Numbered from the stretch's first letter, positions 1-12,441 are shown. The stretch is 64,000 bases of DNA from Centroscyllium fabricii (GCA_051313645.2 JBNRSN020000027.1:41168001-41232000); one strand, 5' to 3'. Made by a program: numbers and translations. The notes: generated by a model not told the origin, from the letters alone.

Positions 1-431
1 ACAATTTAAAATTGGAGGGGAAAATATATGGAGCCTGTATGTATGAAGAAATTATAAAAAAATAAAAGAATGAAAGAAATTAAGGAAAGAGGTTAAGAGA
101 GGAATAAGAACAAAGAGGGGGTATGCAGAGTAAAGCTCAAAATATATTAAATACACTAAAGTATTCTTCAAAAATATCAGTAAATAAGAGCATTGTTAAA
201 TGTGAAGTGAGTCCCTGGAGAGGAGAGGCTGGTGAGTTAGTAGGGGATAAATGAAAATATTTAGCAAACCGTTCATATTTTGCTTTTAACTACTTCAGGA
301 TTTACCCAATATACTTCTCTTTTATAAACAATTGGGGAGAAGTCAAATCCTAAATTGGTTAAAAGCAAGAATGAGAGATATTAAATAAAAGGAGAGTATT
401 AGAGAGGTTAGTTGTTTAACTCTGGACTTAC

Positions 432-567
432 CACAGTGGCTCCTGTGCTGGTTTGCCCACTTCCTAGCCAAGGCATCGAAGGAGAAGTAGAAAGCTGGCT
501 GGATCCAAAATGAGTTGTACTAGTTTGGCTAGTGCTCAGTGTTGAGCGATGCTCAAGATCGTCGGAA
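432..567 (-). CDS. DMXL2: DMXL2 coding exon (SDDLEHRST...MPWLGSGQTSTGATV)
   Basis: tag/gtaagt boundaries, 136 nt. Confidence 0.92.
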
Positions 568-698
568 CTATAAGAGATCACCACTAATGTGTTACAATAT
601 TTGCGTTACCCAAAGTTGTACTTAAAATTTAAATGCAAAGGCATCTGGATACGTGCTACACTTAAAAGCATTTCAATTGATTAAATAAAGTTTAGTAC

Positions 699-820
699 CT
701 TCTAGAGTCTCTGTCTGACTCTTCACCAATCCAGGTATATGGCTGAGCAGCTAGAATTGCAGATACATCAAGTTCTTGCACATCATGAGTAGAGGCCAAA
801 ACTATCTCATTGGAATTTGC
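699..820 (-). CDS. DMXL2: DMXL2 coding exon (ANSNEIVLASTHDVQELDV...WIGEESDRDSR)
   Basis: aag/gtacta boundaries, 122 nt. Confidence 0.92.
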
Positions 821-1015
821 CTTTTATAGGGGGGAAAAAAGAACTAAATTTAAACAAAAAGAAACCAAAATGAAAGCACAGAAGAAAGTAGACTATAATG
901 AACTACTGGTATGAGCAGTTATATTTAATATTACAGGCAGAGTAATCAAAATACGAAAAAGAATAAACTGCAAAGGGTAGTAATCTGAAACAAAACAGAA
1001 AATGCTGAAAATACA

Positions 1016-1722
1016 GGGTTGGATATTAGCTCGGAGGGCGAGAGTTGCTCCCCTTTGAGTTCAAGAAGCCCCGTCTTTAATTTTCTCTCTCTAGGTTTCT
1101 CGCCCACAGCCAGGCTGATTGACAAGCTGTCTGCTTTTCGGACGGGAAATCCTACACCACAAGGCCGCAGCCAAGCTGGGCTCAGAGCAGGTAGGTGTGG
1201 GGGGTGGGGGCAGTGTGAGAGAGATTATGGGGGGGGTTTGGTCTGAGGGTGGGGGTTGGCAATTGCGTGTGGGTAGAGGATCCGCAGGTGGGAGAGCAGA
1301 TGGTGATCCGGGGGGGGTGAGAAAAGAGAGCAGCTGGCAGTCGGGGAGAAGCAGGGTTTACTGGCAAGTTTGTTGGGCTTGGACGAAACACTACTGCTCC
1401 TCCTGGCCCACAAGCAGTGCTGTAAAGGCACTTACCTTATGGATTCAGCCCTTCTTGCCTCCTTTAACCTGCCGGGTTTCCCAAAGCCTGGGAGACCCAG
1501 CCGGCTGGTTAAAAATAGAATCGCTGTTAAAATGAAGGCACGCAGCCCGACTAAAATATTTAAATGACTAACATGCCTTCTGCAAGCCGATTGGTCATCT
1601 GCCTCTCCTCCCACCTCCGCTAAACCAGAAGTGGGCGGGTTGGGTTCCTGGTTCAGATTTCTGGCTTTTCAACCAACCCACCCAAACCAAACCCACCTAT
1701 TTTTAGGGGTTAAAATTGCCCC
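1016..1722. mobile_element. Old Harbinger-like MITE inserted in a Penelope-like 3' tail
   Basis: Degenerate GGG..ATTTTA-type termini, ACA on both flanks; related segments near 9080-9597 and 48750-49172. Confidence 0.55.
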
Positions 1723-1919
1723 ACAGAGTTGATCAGTCAGCATCTGTAATGTGAAGCGGCAGGTTAACATTTTGGTTATGAACCTTCATCGGAATTGAAA
1801 AATGAAAGATAAGCAAGCCCTTTATGTAGAGTTGGAACAGATAATACAATCACAGATAACTGAAGTTGATGATTGAATGATCTACAAACTGCTTACAAGA
1901 AAACAGTTAGATGATATAA

Positions 1920-2483
1920 AGGCCCTGTCACACCTTGACGTTTTAGCTTGCGTATGCAAATTTGGCCGATACGCTGGTATACGTTGGACAAGTTATGGGT
2001 ACGTTATGCATACGTTAAGAGCACGCTGGCATACGCTGGCCATAAGTTGTATAAGTCGTATAAGTCGTGATTTTTTGTGCATGCACAAAAAATCACGACG
2101 TATAAATGTTACGATTTATACGTTCCGCATACGCTGGACATACGTTGTAGGCACGTTAGGCGATCGTTAAACACACATTACCTTGCACCTGTCATGCCCT
2201 GTCACACCTTGACGATTTAAAGCTAGCGTTTTCCAATTTTTTCTAAATTTATCTAAAACGTCGGTGATACGCTGCCGCGCGCTATGCATACGTTAGACTA
2301 TCGTTGGGCATAAGTTGTGAACGCTAAGCATTCGTTATTGATACGCTCTGTGTACGTTACTAATACGTTACGCATACGTTATGCATACGTCCAATACTCC
2401 AAAAATTGAACAAAGTGTCAAAAGTTCAGCGTTTTAGCCTCATTTGCATAGGCTGGCTAAAACGTCTAGGTGTGACAGGGCCT
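1920..2483. mobile_element. PIF/Harbinger-like MITE, TIR AGGCCCTGTCACACCTWGACGTTTTAGC, TSD TAA
   Basis: About 28-bp TIR with one mismatch, TAA duplication, highly similar copy at 63724. Confidence 0.85.
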
Positions 2484-2984
2484 TAAAAGACCATCTCAGC
2501 GAGGCAACAGAAAAACATTAAAACAAAAGAACATGCAAATAGCCAAGACATGTAAAGGTATGGGAGAGGTCCAGCGGGAAAAAAACAAGAAAATAGGGGA
2601 AATTGGGAAATGAAGACAAAAATACAGGAGGACTGAAATGAAAACAGAAAGTGCTGAAAACACAAAGTAGGATCCCCAGTACCAAAAGCAGAAAACAGAT
2701 CAACACCTTAGCCTCAAAAGGGGGAAAAAATTCAGTATCGCCCATTTGGGGCGCCATAATCAGCTGTGCGCAATGTTTAGCGCCTGGCGCTAATTATCGC
2801 CTCGGACAGCAAACTTGGCTTTTATCGCCCCTAGAGGTGATTGGAGCGCTAAATCAGGCGCTTCACACCTGTCTTAAGGCGCAAAGGCCAAGGAGTGAGG
2901 CGTTACCTCACAGCGCTGGCGAAGCTCATGTGATGTCAGTCAGCAATGGAACACAGACACACTGGCACCGTCCAATTCTTAAAG

Positions 2985-3025
2985 GGGAGTTCTGACGAAT
3001 GGTCATCGACCTGAAACATTAACTC
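2985..3025 (+). ncRNA. Minimal hammerhead ribozyme motif (degenerate) in a 95-bp Penelope-like insertion
   Basis: gagtt-CTGACGA-atggtc atc gacct-GAAAcatt-aactc; 13-bp TSD tcttaaaggggag. Confidence 0.6.
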
Positions 3026-3250
3026 GGTTTCTCTCTTCACAGATGCTGCTTGACCTGCTGAGTTTCTCCAGCATTTTGTTTTTATCTTAAAGGGGAGGGT
3101 CGATCTTGCTCTCCATCCACATCCTGCTTATTGCAGCCTTGAATCTCGGCCTGGAGAGACAAGTACATCAAATCTGCTGGAAAGAACAATGGAGCGACCC
3201 AGGGAAAGAGCGGAGAGTGCAGCCCCCACATTCTCTTCTAAATCAATAAA

Positions 3251-3352
3251 TGATGTGGAGGTGCCGGTGTTGGACTGGGGTGGACAAATGCAAGAAGTCA
3301 CACAACACCAGGTTATAGTCCAACAGTTTTATTTTAAATCACAAGCTTTCGG
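3251..3352 (-). mobile_element. Penelope-like element 3' end, 5'-truncated
   Basis: Same tail as 28588, 39834 and 61153; atcaata on both flanks. Confidence 0.75.
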
Positions 3353-3949
3353 ATCAATACAAGGAAGGACAAATCAAAATGAACCTGCAAAGAGCTGCTC
3401 AGTAGCCAAAACTCCTTCACCCAGTGTTGAATCTCTCCAGAAGTCTCTCTCTCTCACTCTCTAAGAATGCATGGTGCTAAAAAAGGCAGGAAACAGTCAC
3501 CTTTAAATAGCGCTCCCCCAGTCCCTTTCTGACTGCAAAATGCTCCCCTCAACCTATCATTGTTAGCGGCAGGCTTGGTAAGGCAGGGGACGTCACTCAA
3601 TATCCGGTCCGGGGCGTTGCGCACTCGAATGACGTCACCATCGGCCGGCGCAGGAGATCGTGGCGGTAGTGTTTAGCACCGCCGCAAAATGTCTAGTTAA
3701 TTTCGCGAGCGGCACGAACATCGCCGCGCCCGGGCGCTAATTGCTTTGCGCCCCATTAGCGCACGCTTAAGGCGCTAACGGGAGGCAGAAACAACGGAAA
3801 TTTCCCCCCAAAGTGTCTCCTCCCCTCAGAAATATGTTCTGAAAAAGGGTCTACATCCAAAATCAACCTGCCTTTCCTTCTCCCAGAGCCCGATGGACCC
3901 ACAGTAACCTATGCTTGAAAGAAAATGACAGATGTTAAGGTCTGAAGTT

Positions 3950-4200
3950 ACCTCATATTCTCCTTCCATGTGAGAAAGCAGTTTACATCTACTACCCCCA
4001 ATTTGGTCACAATGTGCTGTCCTCTATATTGGGGAGACCAAATGCATATTACTGAATACCTCCACTGCCTGACCTTGTAACCTGTGATCTCTCACTCACA
4101 TTCCCATTTTGACATCTCCATCTTATGCCTCCTCCAATGTTCCAAACAGGCTCAATGCAACCTTCAAGAACAATACCATTATCTTTCTCCTGGACACTTT
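3950..4200 (+). mobile_element. Degenerate Penelope-like GIY-YIG fragment
   Basis: ctctatattggggagaccaaa (LYIGETK); same family as 44612-45215. Confidence 0.6.
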
Positions 4201-4588
4201 AGAAACTTAATCAGTCTCTGTAATGTTACATACAAGTCTGGACATTACCAAATGTTAAAAATCTACCACTTGGGAGAGCCGAGTTCGGTGCACAAGCCTA
4301 AGCAAAATATGGAGGGTTCTCTTGGTCATGCAAGATCCAGCAAAATGTGCACTGCAGTGCAATAATTGTTTGGGATACACATCACAATTTATACCTACTG
4401 GTAGTTGAATTTTAACGGCCACGGTGTTGCAACGTGCCAAGAGGAGAATAGAACGCATACAAAAAGAACAAGACTGATTCCAAGTGCAAAGGGGATGACA
4501 TTTTGTTGTAAAGTATTTCATCTGATGGGTTAAAAAGGTCTGAGAGGGGAAATGTGCTCAGCATTGATAAGCCACTTAATGTTCTTAC

Positions 4589-4675
4589 CTTATTAATTGC
4601 AAACGCCATTATGGCATCAGAATCCTTATGAATAATCTTTGCTTTTCTACCTGGATAGCCCATGTCTGCCTCAAC
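4589..4675 (-). CDS. DMXL2: DMXL2 coding exon (VEADMGYPGRKAKIIHKDSDAIMAFAINK)
   Basis: tag/gtaaga boundaries, 87 nt. Confidence 0.92.
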
Positions 4676-5053
4676 CTAAAAGATTGTATTACATGTATTA
4701 GAGTACTCATCAAGGCTATTAATACATCTATACACCTTAAAAGTTCTGTACCAATGACATTTAAAGTGGAAATAAAAATATGCAACAAAAAATTTAAAAA
4801 CACCAGCCTAAGTATTTGTTTAATGGTTTTAACACTGCAGCAAAAAGCTGTGTATAAATTAGCAATGTAATCCTTTTGAATGAACACAGAATGACACATT
4901 TGCGCTTGCGCTGCATCGTCCACAGGCATGACTATGAGGTGGACTCTGCACGTGGACAATTATTGACTGTCACACGCCATTAAACAAGATGTTGAAGCTG
5001 GTGCATTTACAACAGCTGCTAAAGGGGAGGGGTTGGGTAAGGGATGCTACTAC

Positions 5054-5119
5054 CTTGTTGTTTCCACGATGTTCCGCTACGCAGTTTTGTTTGACTTGGT
5101 CCACATGGTCTTCTACTGA
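5054..5119 (-). CDS. DMXL2: DMXL2 66-nt symmetric (phase 0-0) probable cassette exon SVEDHVDQVKQNCVAEHRGNNK
   Basis: tgtgtag acceptor, gtagta donor, no stop, frame-preserving; resembles an optional DMXL2 insert I recall between KQSE and VEAD. Confidence 0.75.
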
Positions 5120-6106
5120 CTACACAACACAGCACACAGTCACAGCACATTACACATGCACAGAAATAAAAAAAAACGAAAATGAATAAAAATGTTTTTA
5201 CTGAAGTAAAAAATGAAACCCTGGCAGTATTACTTTGGCAAAAACAGCTACTTTATTGCGTTGAGAAAATTGATTGATTTCTTGCCTATGAATTTCATTC
5301 ATTGAATTTTGCCATCTCTTTTCATACCAATAGGGTTTCAACCTTTTTCTTATGCAAATGAGGCACATTTACCAAACTGTTGTGCATCAAATAATTTAAT
5401 ACATATGGGGCATTAATCCAGGTGATGGGTTGCTACATTTAGATTTGTGGCTCGCCAATTAGAACCAGCAGTGGTAGTTCAAAATATCCAAATTGCAGAG
5501 ATCGTGGTAGTTGCATTCAATAAGAGGAATGGAATTAACGCCACATGAAGAACTTTATTGTGCAACACCCACAAGGATGACTTTGCAAAAAGGGGGAAAT
5601 GGGGAGTGAGGGGGAGAGGGAAGAGGGGGCAGGAGAGGATGGAAGTGGGAAGAACATGCGTCCATCTGACTCCCACACCCAAGACCAAAACAGGGAAATG
5701 AAAATTGGCATGGTGAACCAAGTAAGACAAGCGTGCCATCATCCATAAAGCAGAAATCAGTTCCAAAATCAAACTTGCTTCCCTATAAGGAAAAGAAAGG
5801 ATTCAAAGAACTGAATCTGGTAAAACTACAGAAGCCAAACTAATACCAGTAAACATCAATGGAATCCCATTATAGGAGAAGCAAAAAGACAAGCCAAGGC
5901 CATTGTAGATGTATATCGTCCTTTAACAGTATATCCCAAAGGGATCAATCAACAAAAAACCCTCCCAAATAGGCTTAACAATCCTAATGGCTCCCAAGAA
6001 AAGCACTTGTCTGACAGAGAAAAGGTCAACTACCATTTAACAATGCCGCAAAAAGACATCCAAATGAGGGACAAGACCCAATAAATGTTTGTACTGTACT
6101 ACACTA

Positions 6107-6398
6107 CAGGTTGGACACCATTAATCCGGCAGGGTCGGGACCAGCACCCTACCGGATTCTTGAAAACGCCGACTGATTGAAGCCACGGCGGCGCATGCGC
6201 AGATCATTCAAAACTTCCGGCGGCCATTTTGAATGATCTGCGCATGCGCTCGCCGTTCAGCGGCGCATGCACAGATCATTCGCCGAAGCATCAATCGCGG
6301 TGGCCATTTTGCACATGCGTAGGGCAGTCGGGGCAATTTATGCTGGACGACTGAAGCTGCCGGCTTTTCAGTTACCGGATTAAAGGTCTTCAACGCTG
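6107..6398. mobile_element. Tc1/pogo (Tigger-like) MITE, TA TSD
   Basis: TA-CAGGTTGGACACCATTAATCCGG...CCGGATTAAAGGTCTTCAACGCTG-TA; relatives at 35577, 56784, 59769. Confidence 0.75.
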
Positions 6399-6590
6399 TA
6401 GTAGCTTTTGCAGCAATGCAGCCACTTTCAAATATTAAACTGGACATGGGGAAAATGTTCCCAATCTCACTATGCTCAATAAAATGGACATCTAGCAGAG
6501 CAGGTAACACTATTGGAAACACGATAGAGTATAAAATTGCTAGGAGTGAAGGATGGCCCTTGCATAATGCCTTGACAGAGAAAACACAAA

Positions 6591-7324
6591 GGGCGCAAAA
6601 TTGGCGCTCTAGTGCCGGCCCGTTTGCGCCCAGTGCTCTAATCGGGCGCTACACAATTAGCGCTAGGGATCGCGCCCAGCGCTAAATTCAGCTGGGCGCT
6701 TAGTTGGGGGCTAACTAGTAGCGCCCCAATGAATTTAGCGCCCAGCTGGACGTCGTGACTGACGTCATCAGGGCGCCCAGCGCCCGTGATTGAAATTGGG
6801 CAGCGCCCGCCGATTTATCGCTGGGCACTGCCTGCGCCAGCTTTCTCCGGCCGTAACAGTAGCGCTGGAGCGCTGCTTAAAGGGGAGTGCGGCAGTCGGC
6901 CATTTTTATTGCTGGCCGACCGCCAGCACCTTCCCCCTCGGCCTCCCCTGCTGCTCCCCCGGCGGGGTCAGGCCTCTGGCAACTGAGCCCGGCACTTCCC
7001 TCTAGTACCAGGCTCCTTCTCCCGCTCCTAGTCCCATGGCGGCCCCGCGGGGCTGCAGCCGCAGCCGCACTAGGCCCCTCCGCTTTAATCGGGGAGGAAG
7101 GCCTGCCGTACCTTGGGCCACCGCTACGCGCTCGATCGCGCAGCGCTGCGCCAACGCCCCAATATTCGGCCGCTTCACACCAAGAGTGAGGCGACCCGGC
7201 GGATTTTGCGCCTGCCCCCCATAATGGGCGATGCCGGCCAATTTTGCCGCTATTAGCGGCAGCAATGTGCTGGCGCTAAAAATAGTGCATCGCCTGAAAA
7301 CGTGCGCTGACGAATTTAGCCCCC
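6591..7324. mobile_element. GC/CpG-rich Harbinger-like MITE
   Basis: GGGCGCAAAATT...AATTTAGCCCCC termini, sharp GC jump, many GGGCGC/GCGCCC repeats; TSD not matched. Confidence 0.6.
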
Positions 7325-8379
7325 GCAGATTCTTAACCATCCCAGATGTCATCACACTACTGGTGGCAGTGGTAGGGATTGGGAGAGACATAACAATCAT
7401 TAGTTGTTGGGACTAGTGACTAGTAAGTTAAAATTGTCAGCACACCTCTTACAGAAGTTAAAGGCGTGGTCAGTCGCCAATGTATGAGAGAAGTGTTCAT
7501 AATATAAATGGAGAAGTTGATTTCATTTCCAAGTAGGAAAACCCTGGGCCTGCTAAGTGAAGAATGCAGTGGTTTATTCTGGAGGTGGTACAAGTGGCTA
7601 AGAATGGTCTATAATGGTGATCATGATCATCTTCCATTAAACAAAATCTGAATTGCTTCATACTAATCATTGCTGATCAACCCTTCTAACTTTGCCACCA
7701 GGCAAAATGTGCAAAACTTTGATGGAATAAAAAATTAATAAAAATAAAATCTGAAGTAAATACTGTTCCCAAAAATAGACTGCAACCAAGTCGTTCTGTG
7801 AAGTTAGAGGAAGAAATTTCATGAGAACCAGAACTCTTGCGAAGTCATAGTGAAGTCACAAACAGCACCAAAGTGCATTTTGCATTGTAAAACTTTTGTG
7901 GGAAAACTTGCAGTTTGCAGAGAAATTGGAAGATGGATGATTTTTTTGTAGAATGAAAATTATCTACAGCCGTACTGTTACAAGATTCAAATCGTAATGT
8001 GATTTGGGAACAATAGAATATTTATTTTTTGATTTCTGAAGAGACTTCTCACATTTGGAAATCCCAGTGTTACGTGAAGAGAAGGCAAAAAGGAAGCAAG
8101 CCACAATTCAGAATAAAATGACACGATATAGGCCTAAATGAACACTACTGCCAGAGCTATAAAACAAGGAGGCAAGCAGTAAATTGATGATGTGCCTAAC
8201 TTATTCAAGGTATGGAAATCAATTCCAATTCAGCGTGCATTTCCTTATGCTAATATTAAACCAAATTGAAGATTAACATTTAAGAAGTAATAAAGTTGAT
8301 ATGGTTTCTTGATAATACATTTTTAAAAAGGTGTTTTCCTTCCAGTGTAGTTGGCATGGGATACTAAATTTGTATGTTT

Positions 8380-8995
8380 TTTTTAAAATCCATTGATGGG
8401 ATGTGGGTGTCACTGGCTGGCTAGGCCTGCATTTAGTGCCCATGTCTAATTGCCCTCGAGAAGATGGTGGTGAGCCAGCTTCTTGAACCGCTGCAGTCCA
8501 TATGGTGTAGGTACATCCACAATGTTGTTAGGAAGGGAGTTCCAGGATTTTGGCCCAGTGACAGTGAAGGAGCGGCGGTACAGGTCCAAGTCAGGATAGT
8601 GTGTGGCTTGGAGGGGAACTTGTAGATGGTGCTGTTCCCATGCGTCTGCTGCCCTTGTCCTTCTAAGTGGTAGAGGTCGCGGGTTTGGAAGGTGCTGTTG
8701 AAGGAGCTTTGGCGAGTTGTTGCAGAGCATCTTGTAGATGGTACACACTGCAGCCACAGTGGAGGGAGTGAATGTTGAAGGTTGTGGATGGAGTGCCAAT
8801 CAAGCGGCCTGCTTTATCCTGAATGGTGTCGAGCTTCTTGAGTGTTGTTGGAGCTGCACTCATCCAGGCAAGTGGAGAGTATTCCATCACACTCCTGACT
8901 TGTGCCTTGTAGATGGTGGAAAGGCTTTGGGGAGTCAGGAGGTGAGACACTCGCCGCAGAATTCCCAGCCTCTGGCCTGCTCTTGTAGCCACAGT
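8380..8995 (-). mobile_element. CR1/L2-group LINE 3' end
   Basis: AGQRLGILRRVSHLLTPQSLSTIYKAQVRSVMEYSPLAW...SFTVTGPKSWNSLP, typical post-RT LINE ORF2 C-terminus, followed by A-rich tail. Confidence 0.8.
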
Positions 8996-9800
8996 ACTGC
9001 AACAACTGAGATTATTCAATAATATGTAATTCCCATGCCCTTTTTTTCCTGATTTTCAAGTGTGACGTGGTTAGTTATGTTCAAAGCTTGGGTTGTAAAT
9101 CAGGCATGGGAAGGCCCAATTACATCGCCAGCATGAGGCCTGGGCAATTCGAATGCCTGGAGCTCATTTTAATGCAGGAAGTCAGGTACATGGGGGTGGG
9201 GGGTCGGTCTGGAGTTGATTGCGGTCAAAAGAGGGGGAGGGTAGGGGAGGCCCAAAGTTTCCTTGTGAGGCTCAAGAAGCACTCCTGCTCTTCGTGGCCC
9301 ACAAGGAAGCCATAAAAACAGTAAAATACTGTCATTCCTGGGCCTCTTACGGATTGCTTGACTTGCACGATCCAGAGTAACTGCACTGGGAGTCCTAATC
9401 GCCTCATAGGACCCCAACATTTCAATGTTAATGAGACCTTGCCTGCCTGCAGTGGATGCCCCAATGCTGCCGAAAAAACAGCAGTTAAAATGGTGGTGGG
9501 CGAGAGTGCATCAGAAACGCAGCAGGAAGCACCCAACCATCATTTTAACCAACCGTCCGCCCCATTCCCGCCAGATGGCCAGGGTTAAAATCAAGCCTTC
9601 TAAACATACGATATTATAGTTAATACTAAATTGATTTCTTCAACTGAATTAATACAAGTTGACACATCATCATTAGCATCATTTGTGTTAAGCTTTAAAC
9701 AGTCATGTCAAATATGTATCAGATCATTAAACCTAAAATACCAATTCCAGATGTAACTTTTTTTTAAATGGCAACAATGTTTGTCTTTAGCCTCATTTAC

Positions 9801-9918
9801 CTCACTTTGCTTTCTTTTCTTTGTGAATATAAATCTTATAAATGTGTCTTGCAGAATTTCTTGTTTGACCAAGAAGTACCACAGCCTTTTAACAGGAAAA
9901 GTGGAATAATGTCTTGAC
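9801..9918 (-). CDS. DMXL2: DMXL2 coding exon (SRHYSTFPVKRLWYFLVKQE...KKRKQSE)
   Basis: cag/gtaaat boundaries, 118 nt. Confidence 0.92.
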
Positions 9919-10348
9919 CTGAAGTAAAATAAACAATTAGTGAATTTTGTACTAATCATAACCAAGCCATTAAATTCAAAGATCTATTTTTAGTCAATAT
10001 AATTTATCACCTGCTATCAGTAATTTTATTTTAGCTGGAAGTTCATATTAAGAAGTGAATTGCAAGATATCTGACTAAACATTTTGTGTTAACACATCAT
10101 CATTTGTGTTAAGCTTTAAACAGTCAGGACCAGCCCATCTTATTTTCCCTTCCCTAACCCAGGACTCTAAGGCCAGTTGTAGCACTCCTACAACCACCAG
10201 GCTGAGATCAACTAACTCAGTACAGACCAGGATCAAACCTGGGGTTTTCTGATCTGTATGGCTCAGACAATCATTGGATAAACTCACCGAGCCATTAGGG
10301 AACCATTACTTTAATTCTTGAAGCGTTACTTTATGTAGATTACATATT

Positions 10349-11115
10349 GGCCCGGAATTTGCGGCCAGTGGGAAAGCGAAGGCTGCTGGCCCCGAAGTGC
10401 GCTGCGCACAAGGATCTCGCAATCTCGTGTGTCGAGAACTTCGGGTTTTCCGAACTTCAATTAAATTCAACAGAACTTAATGGGGATCCCCTTGTTTGAA
10501 CTGCTGTGATGTCAACAGGGTGTCTAAGCAGCCAATCAAAAGGCAGAATTTTCAGACAGCGAACAAGGAAGTGAGTAAGCCCTTAATATTCTAACTTTTT
10601 AGAGAGAGCAAAAGAAAGATTGGGGCTCACGCATGGGGGGGGGGGGGGGGGGGTTAAAGGCAAATCTGAAAAGGTGAACAAACTTAAACAAATTTATTTT
10701 GCAAAGTTTATTCAAAATGTTAATTTTTATTAAAATGGACAAGTTTCACACTGCACAAAATTAAAATTAGCCAGGCCCTTAGCATTTGTTTAGCAGTCAA
10801 TACGCTGTTAATACCCCAGTTACACCGAATCCCTTTGGGTCTAACTTTTAGCGGGGAATTTAACAGCGTAATTACTGCGGAAGAGCCGATGTTATCGTCA
10901 GTTTCAATGATTTACGAGATTTCTCCGATTGCCGGCTGGGTGGCGGGGGAGGGGGTGGCACATCGCAGCCTGTTTTGGTGGGGTCATTGACAGACCGCAA
11001 CTTCAGGATTTCCACACGCACCTGCGCCAAATTCCGAAGTTGCGCTCAGTTTCAAAGGCGGAATAACGGCGAAACGCTGCCAGTTCGCCATCTGCCTGAC
11101 CAAATATACCGGGCC
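10349..11115. mobile_element. Harbinger-like MITE, TIR GGCCCGGAATTTG, TSD ATT
   Basis: TIR and TSD visible; inverted copy at 36195-36977. Confidence 0.8.
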
Positions 11116-11129
11116 ATTAAACAGTGCTC

Positions 11130-11650
11130 AAATTAACAAATCAGGAAAGAGATCTGGGAGCTTTTGGTGGATAAGTCATTAAAATGGCCTGTTCACTGTT
11201 AACAGGTCGTGAAGAAATCAAACAAAATGTTGGGTTGCATAGCTAAAGGTGTGATTCATAATTCTAAGGAGGTGCTGTTGAAGGTGTATCTGACTGTGGT
11301 AAGATTGCAACTGGTGTTCAGCTTTGGCCTCTGTATTTCAGGTATGTATGCAATTTGCATGTAATTTATTTATTTTATTTGCACTACTCTCGGGAGAGTC
11401 GAGTCTTCGTCTCGTTGTATTGTACTAGTACTCTGCAATGACAATAAAACTTGAATTGAATTGAATTGAATTGAGATATGGAATTATTAGAAGTCTCGAG
11501 GAGGGCTATGAGGGTGATTCCTGAACTGAGAGGACTGAGTTATGAGGAAAGATTGTCTTCCCTGGGACAGACTCTCTGGAGAAGAGGAGAATGACTTGAT
11601 AGATGACTAAAATTTTCATGGGTATGGGGAAGTGGGATCCAGCAAATTAA
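11130..11650 (+). mobile_element. Degenerate CR1 fragment with nested LINE 3' tail ending (TTGAA)n at 11341-11473
   Basis: CR1-like RT C-terminal sequence; AATAAA then ttgaa repeats. Confidence 0.6.
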
Positions 11651-11961
11651 ACTCAGACTTTAACTAGAACTGTCATCGAGAGGTTACTCTTTTGATATTT
11701 CATAAGCTATTCTAGCAACTTTCTTCTATGGTGAAACAGTTTTTGGCAAGGAGTTTGTATCTTTGTGACCTTTGTTTCTTTTTCCAAGGGATTTAGGACA
11801 GTAAAATTTGACTCTCGAACAGCTTGCTTGTTTTGAAAATATCTGGCGCATTTATACTATGGAGATATTTTCAGGATACACACTGAAGACAGAGGTAATC
11901 ACAGAGTTACCAAAATGCTTATTTGACCTTCTCAATTTATCTTTTCTGTTTGTTCCCTTAC

Positions 11962-12163
11962 TTGAATGGTGTGTTTTCCGGTTCAAGCATTGCTTTGTGT
12001 CGCAGAATGGCTGGTCCACCAGCTGCAGAGAGGTCACTAGGATAGGTGTTAATGTAGTTTGGAGGTGGGCCTTCAAATTGCTCCATTTTCGCCTGAAGTA
12101 ATTGTTGCCAGTTTTCCAAGGTTTTAATAACAGCATTACCCAATGGTGAAGTTACTGGGAGAT
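11962..12163 (-). CDS. DMXL2: DMXL2 coding exon (LPVTSPLGNAVIKTLENW...AMLEPENTPF)
   Basis: cag/gtaagg boundaries, 202 nt. Confidence 0.93.
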
Positions 12164-12441
12164 CTGTGAACAAAGACAGACATTTATTTTGAGGAATACA
12201 AAACTAATGACATTATTGGATTAATCAGCAAAATTGAAAGCCACTTTTTAAAATGTTTTCACTTCCTTCCAAAATGTAAACCTTAGTCTAACAATATTCT
12301 GCTTTTCAAAATCAAAGTGAACACTGTTAGGGTGAAAAGACCAGTTATTCCTACTTTTTGCATGTGATTTGACTTTTTGATGAGCAGTGAAATCTACACT
12401 TTTTAAAATTACATTTTTATTACCAAAGCAATTAACAACTA

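Larger units (their letters stand above)
2720..3809. mobile_element. GC-rich Harbinger-like non-autonomous element with two nested Penelope-like fragments
   Basis: GGGGGAAAAAATT...AATTTCCCCCC termini, AAA flanks; right part similar to 34950-35156. Confidence 0.7.

Noticed and set aside
5460-7900. Possible decayed L1/Tx1-like LINE under two MITEs
   Set aside because: Only vague similarity; no motif I can state with confidence
10635-10653. Long poly-G/C runs (also near 27916, 29885, 44062)
   Set aside because: Mostly within repeats; homopolymer lengths are unreliable and there is no evidence of function
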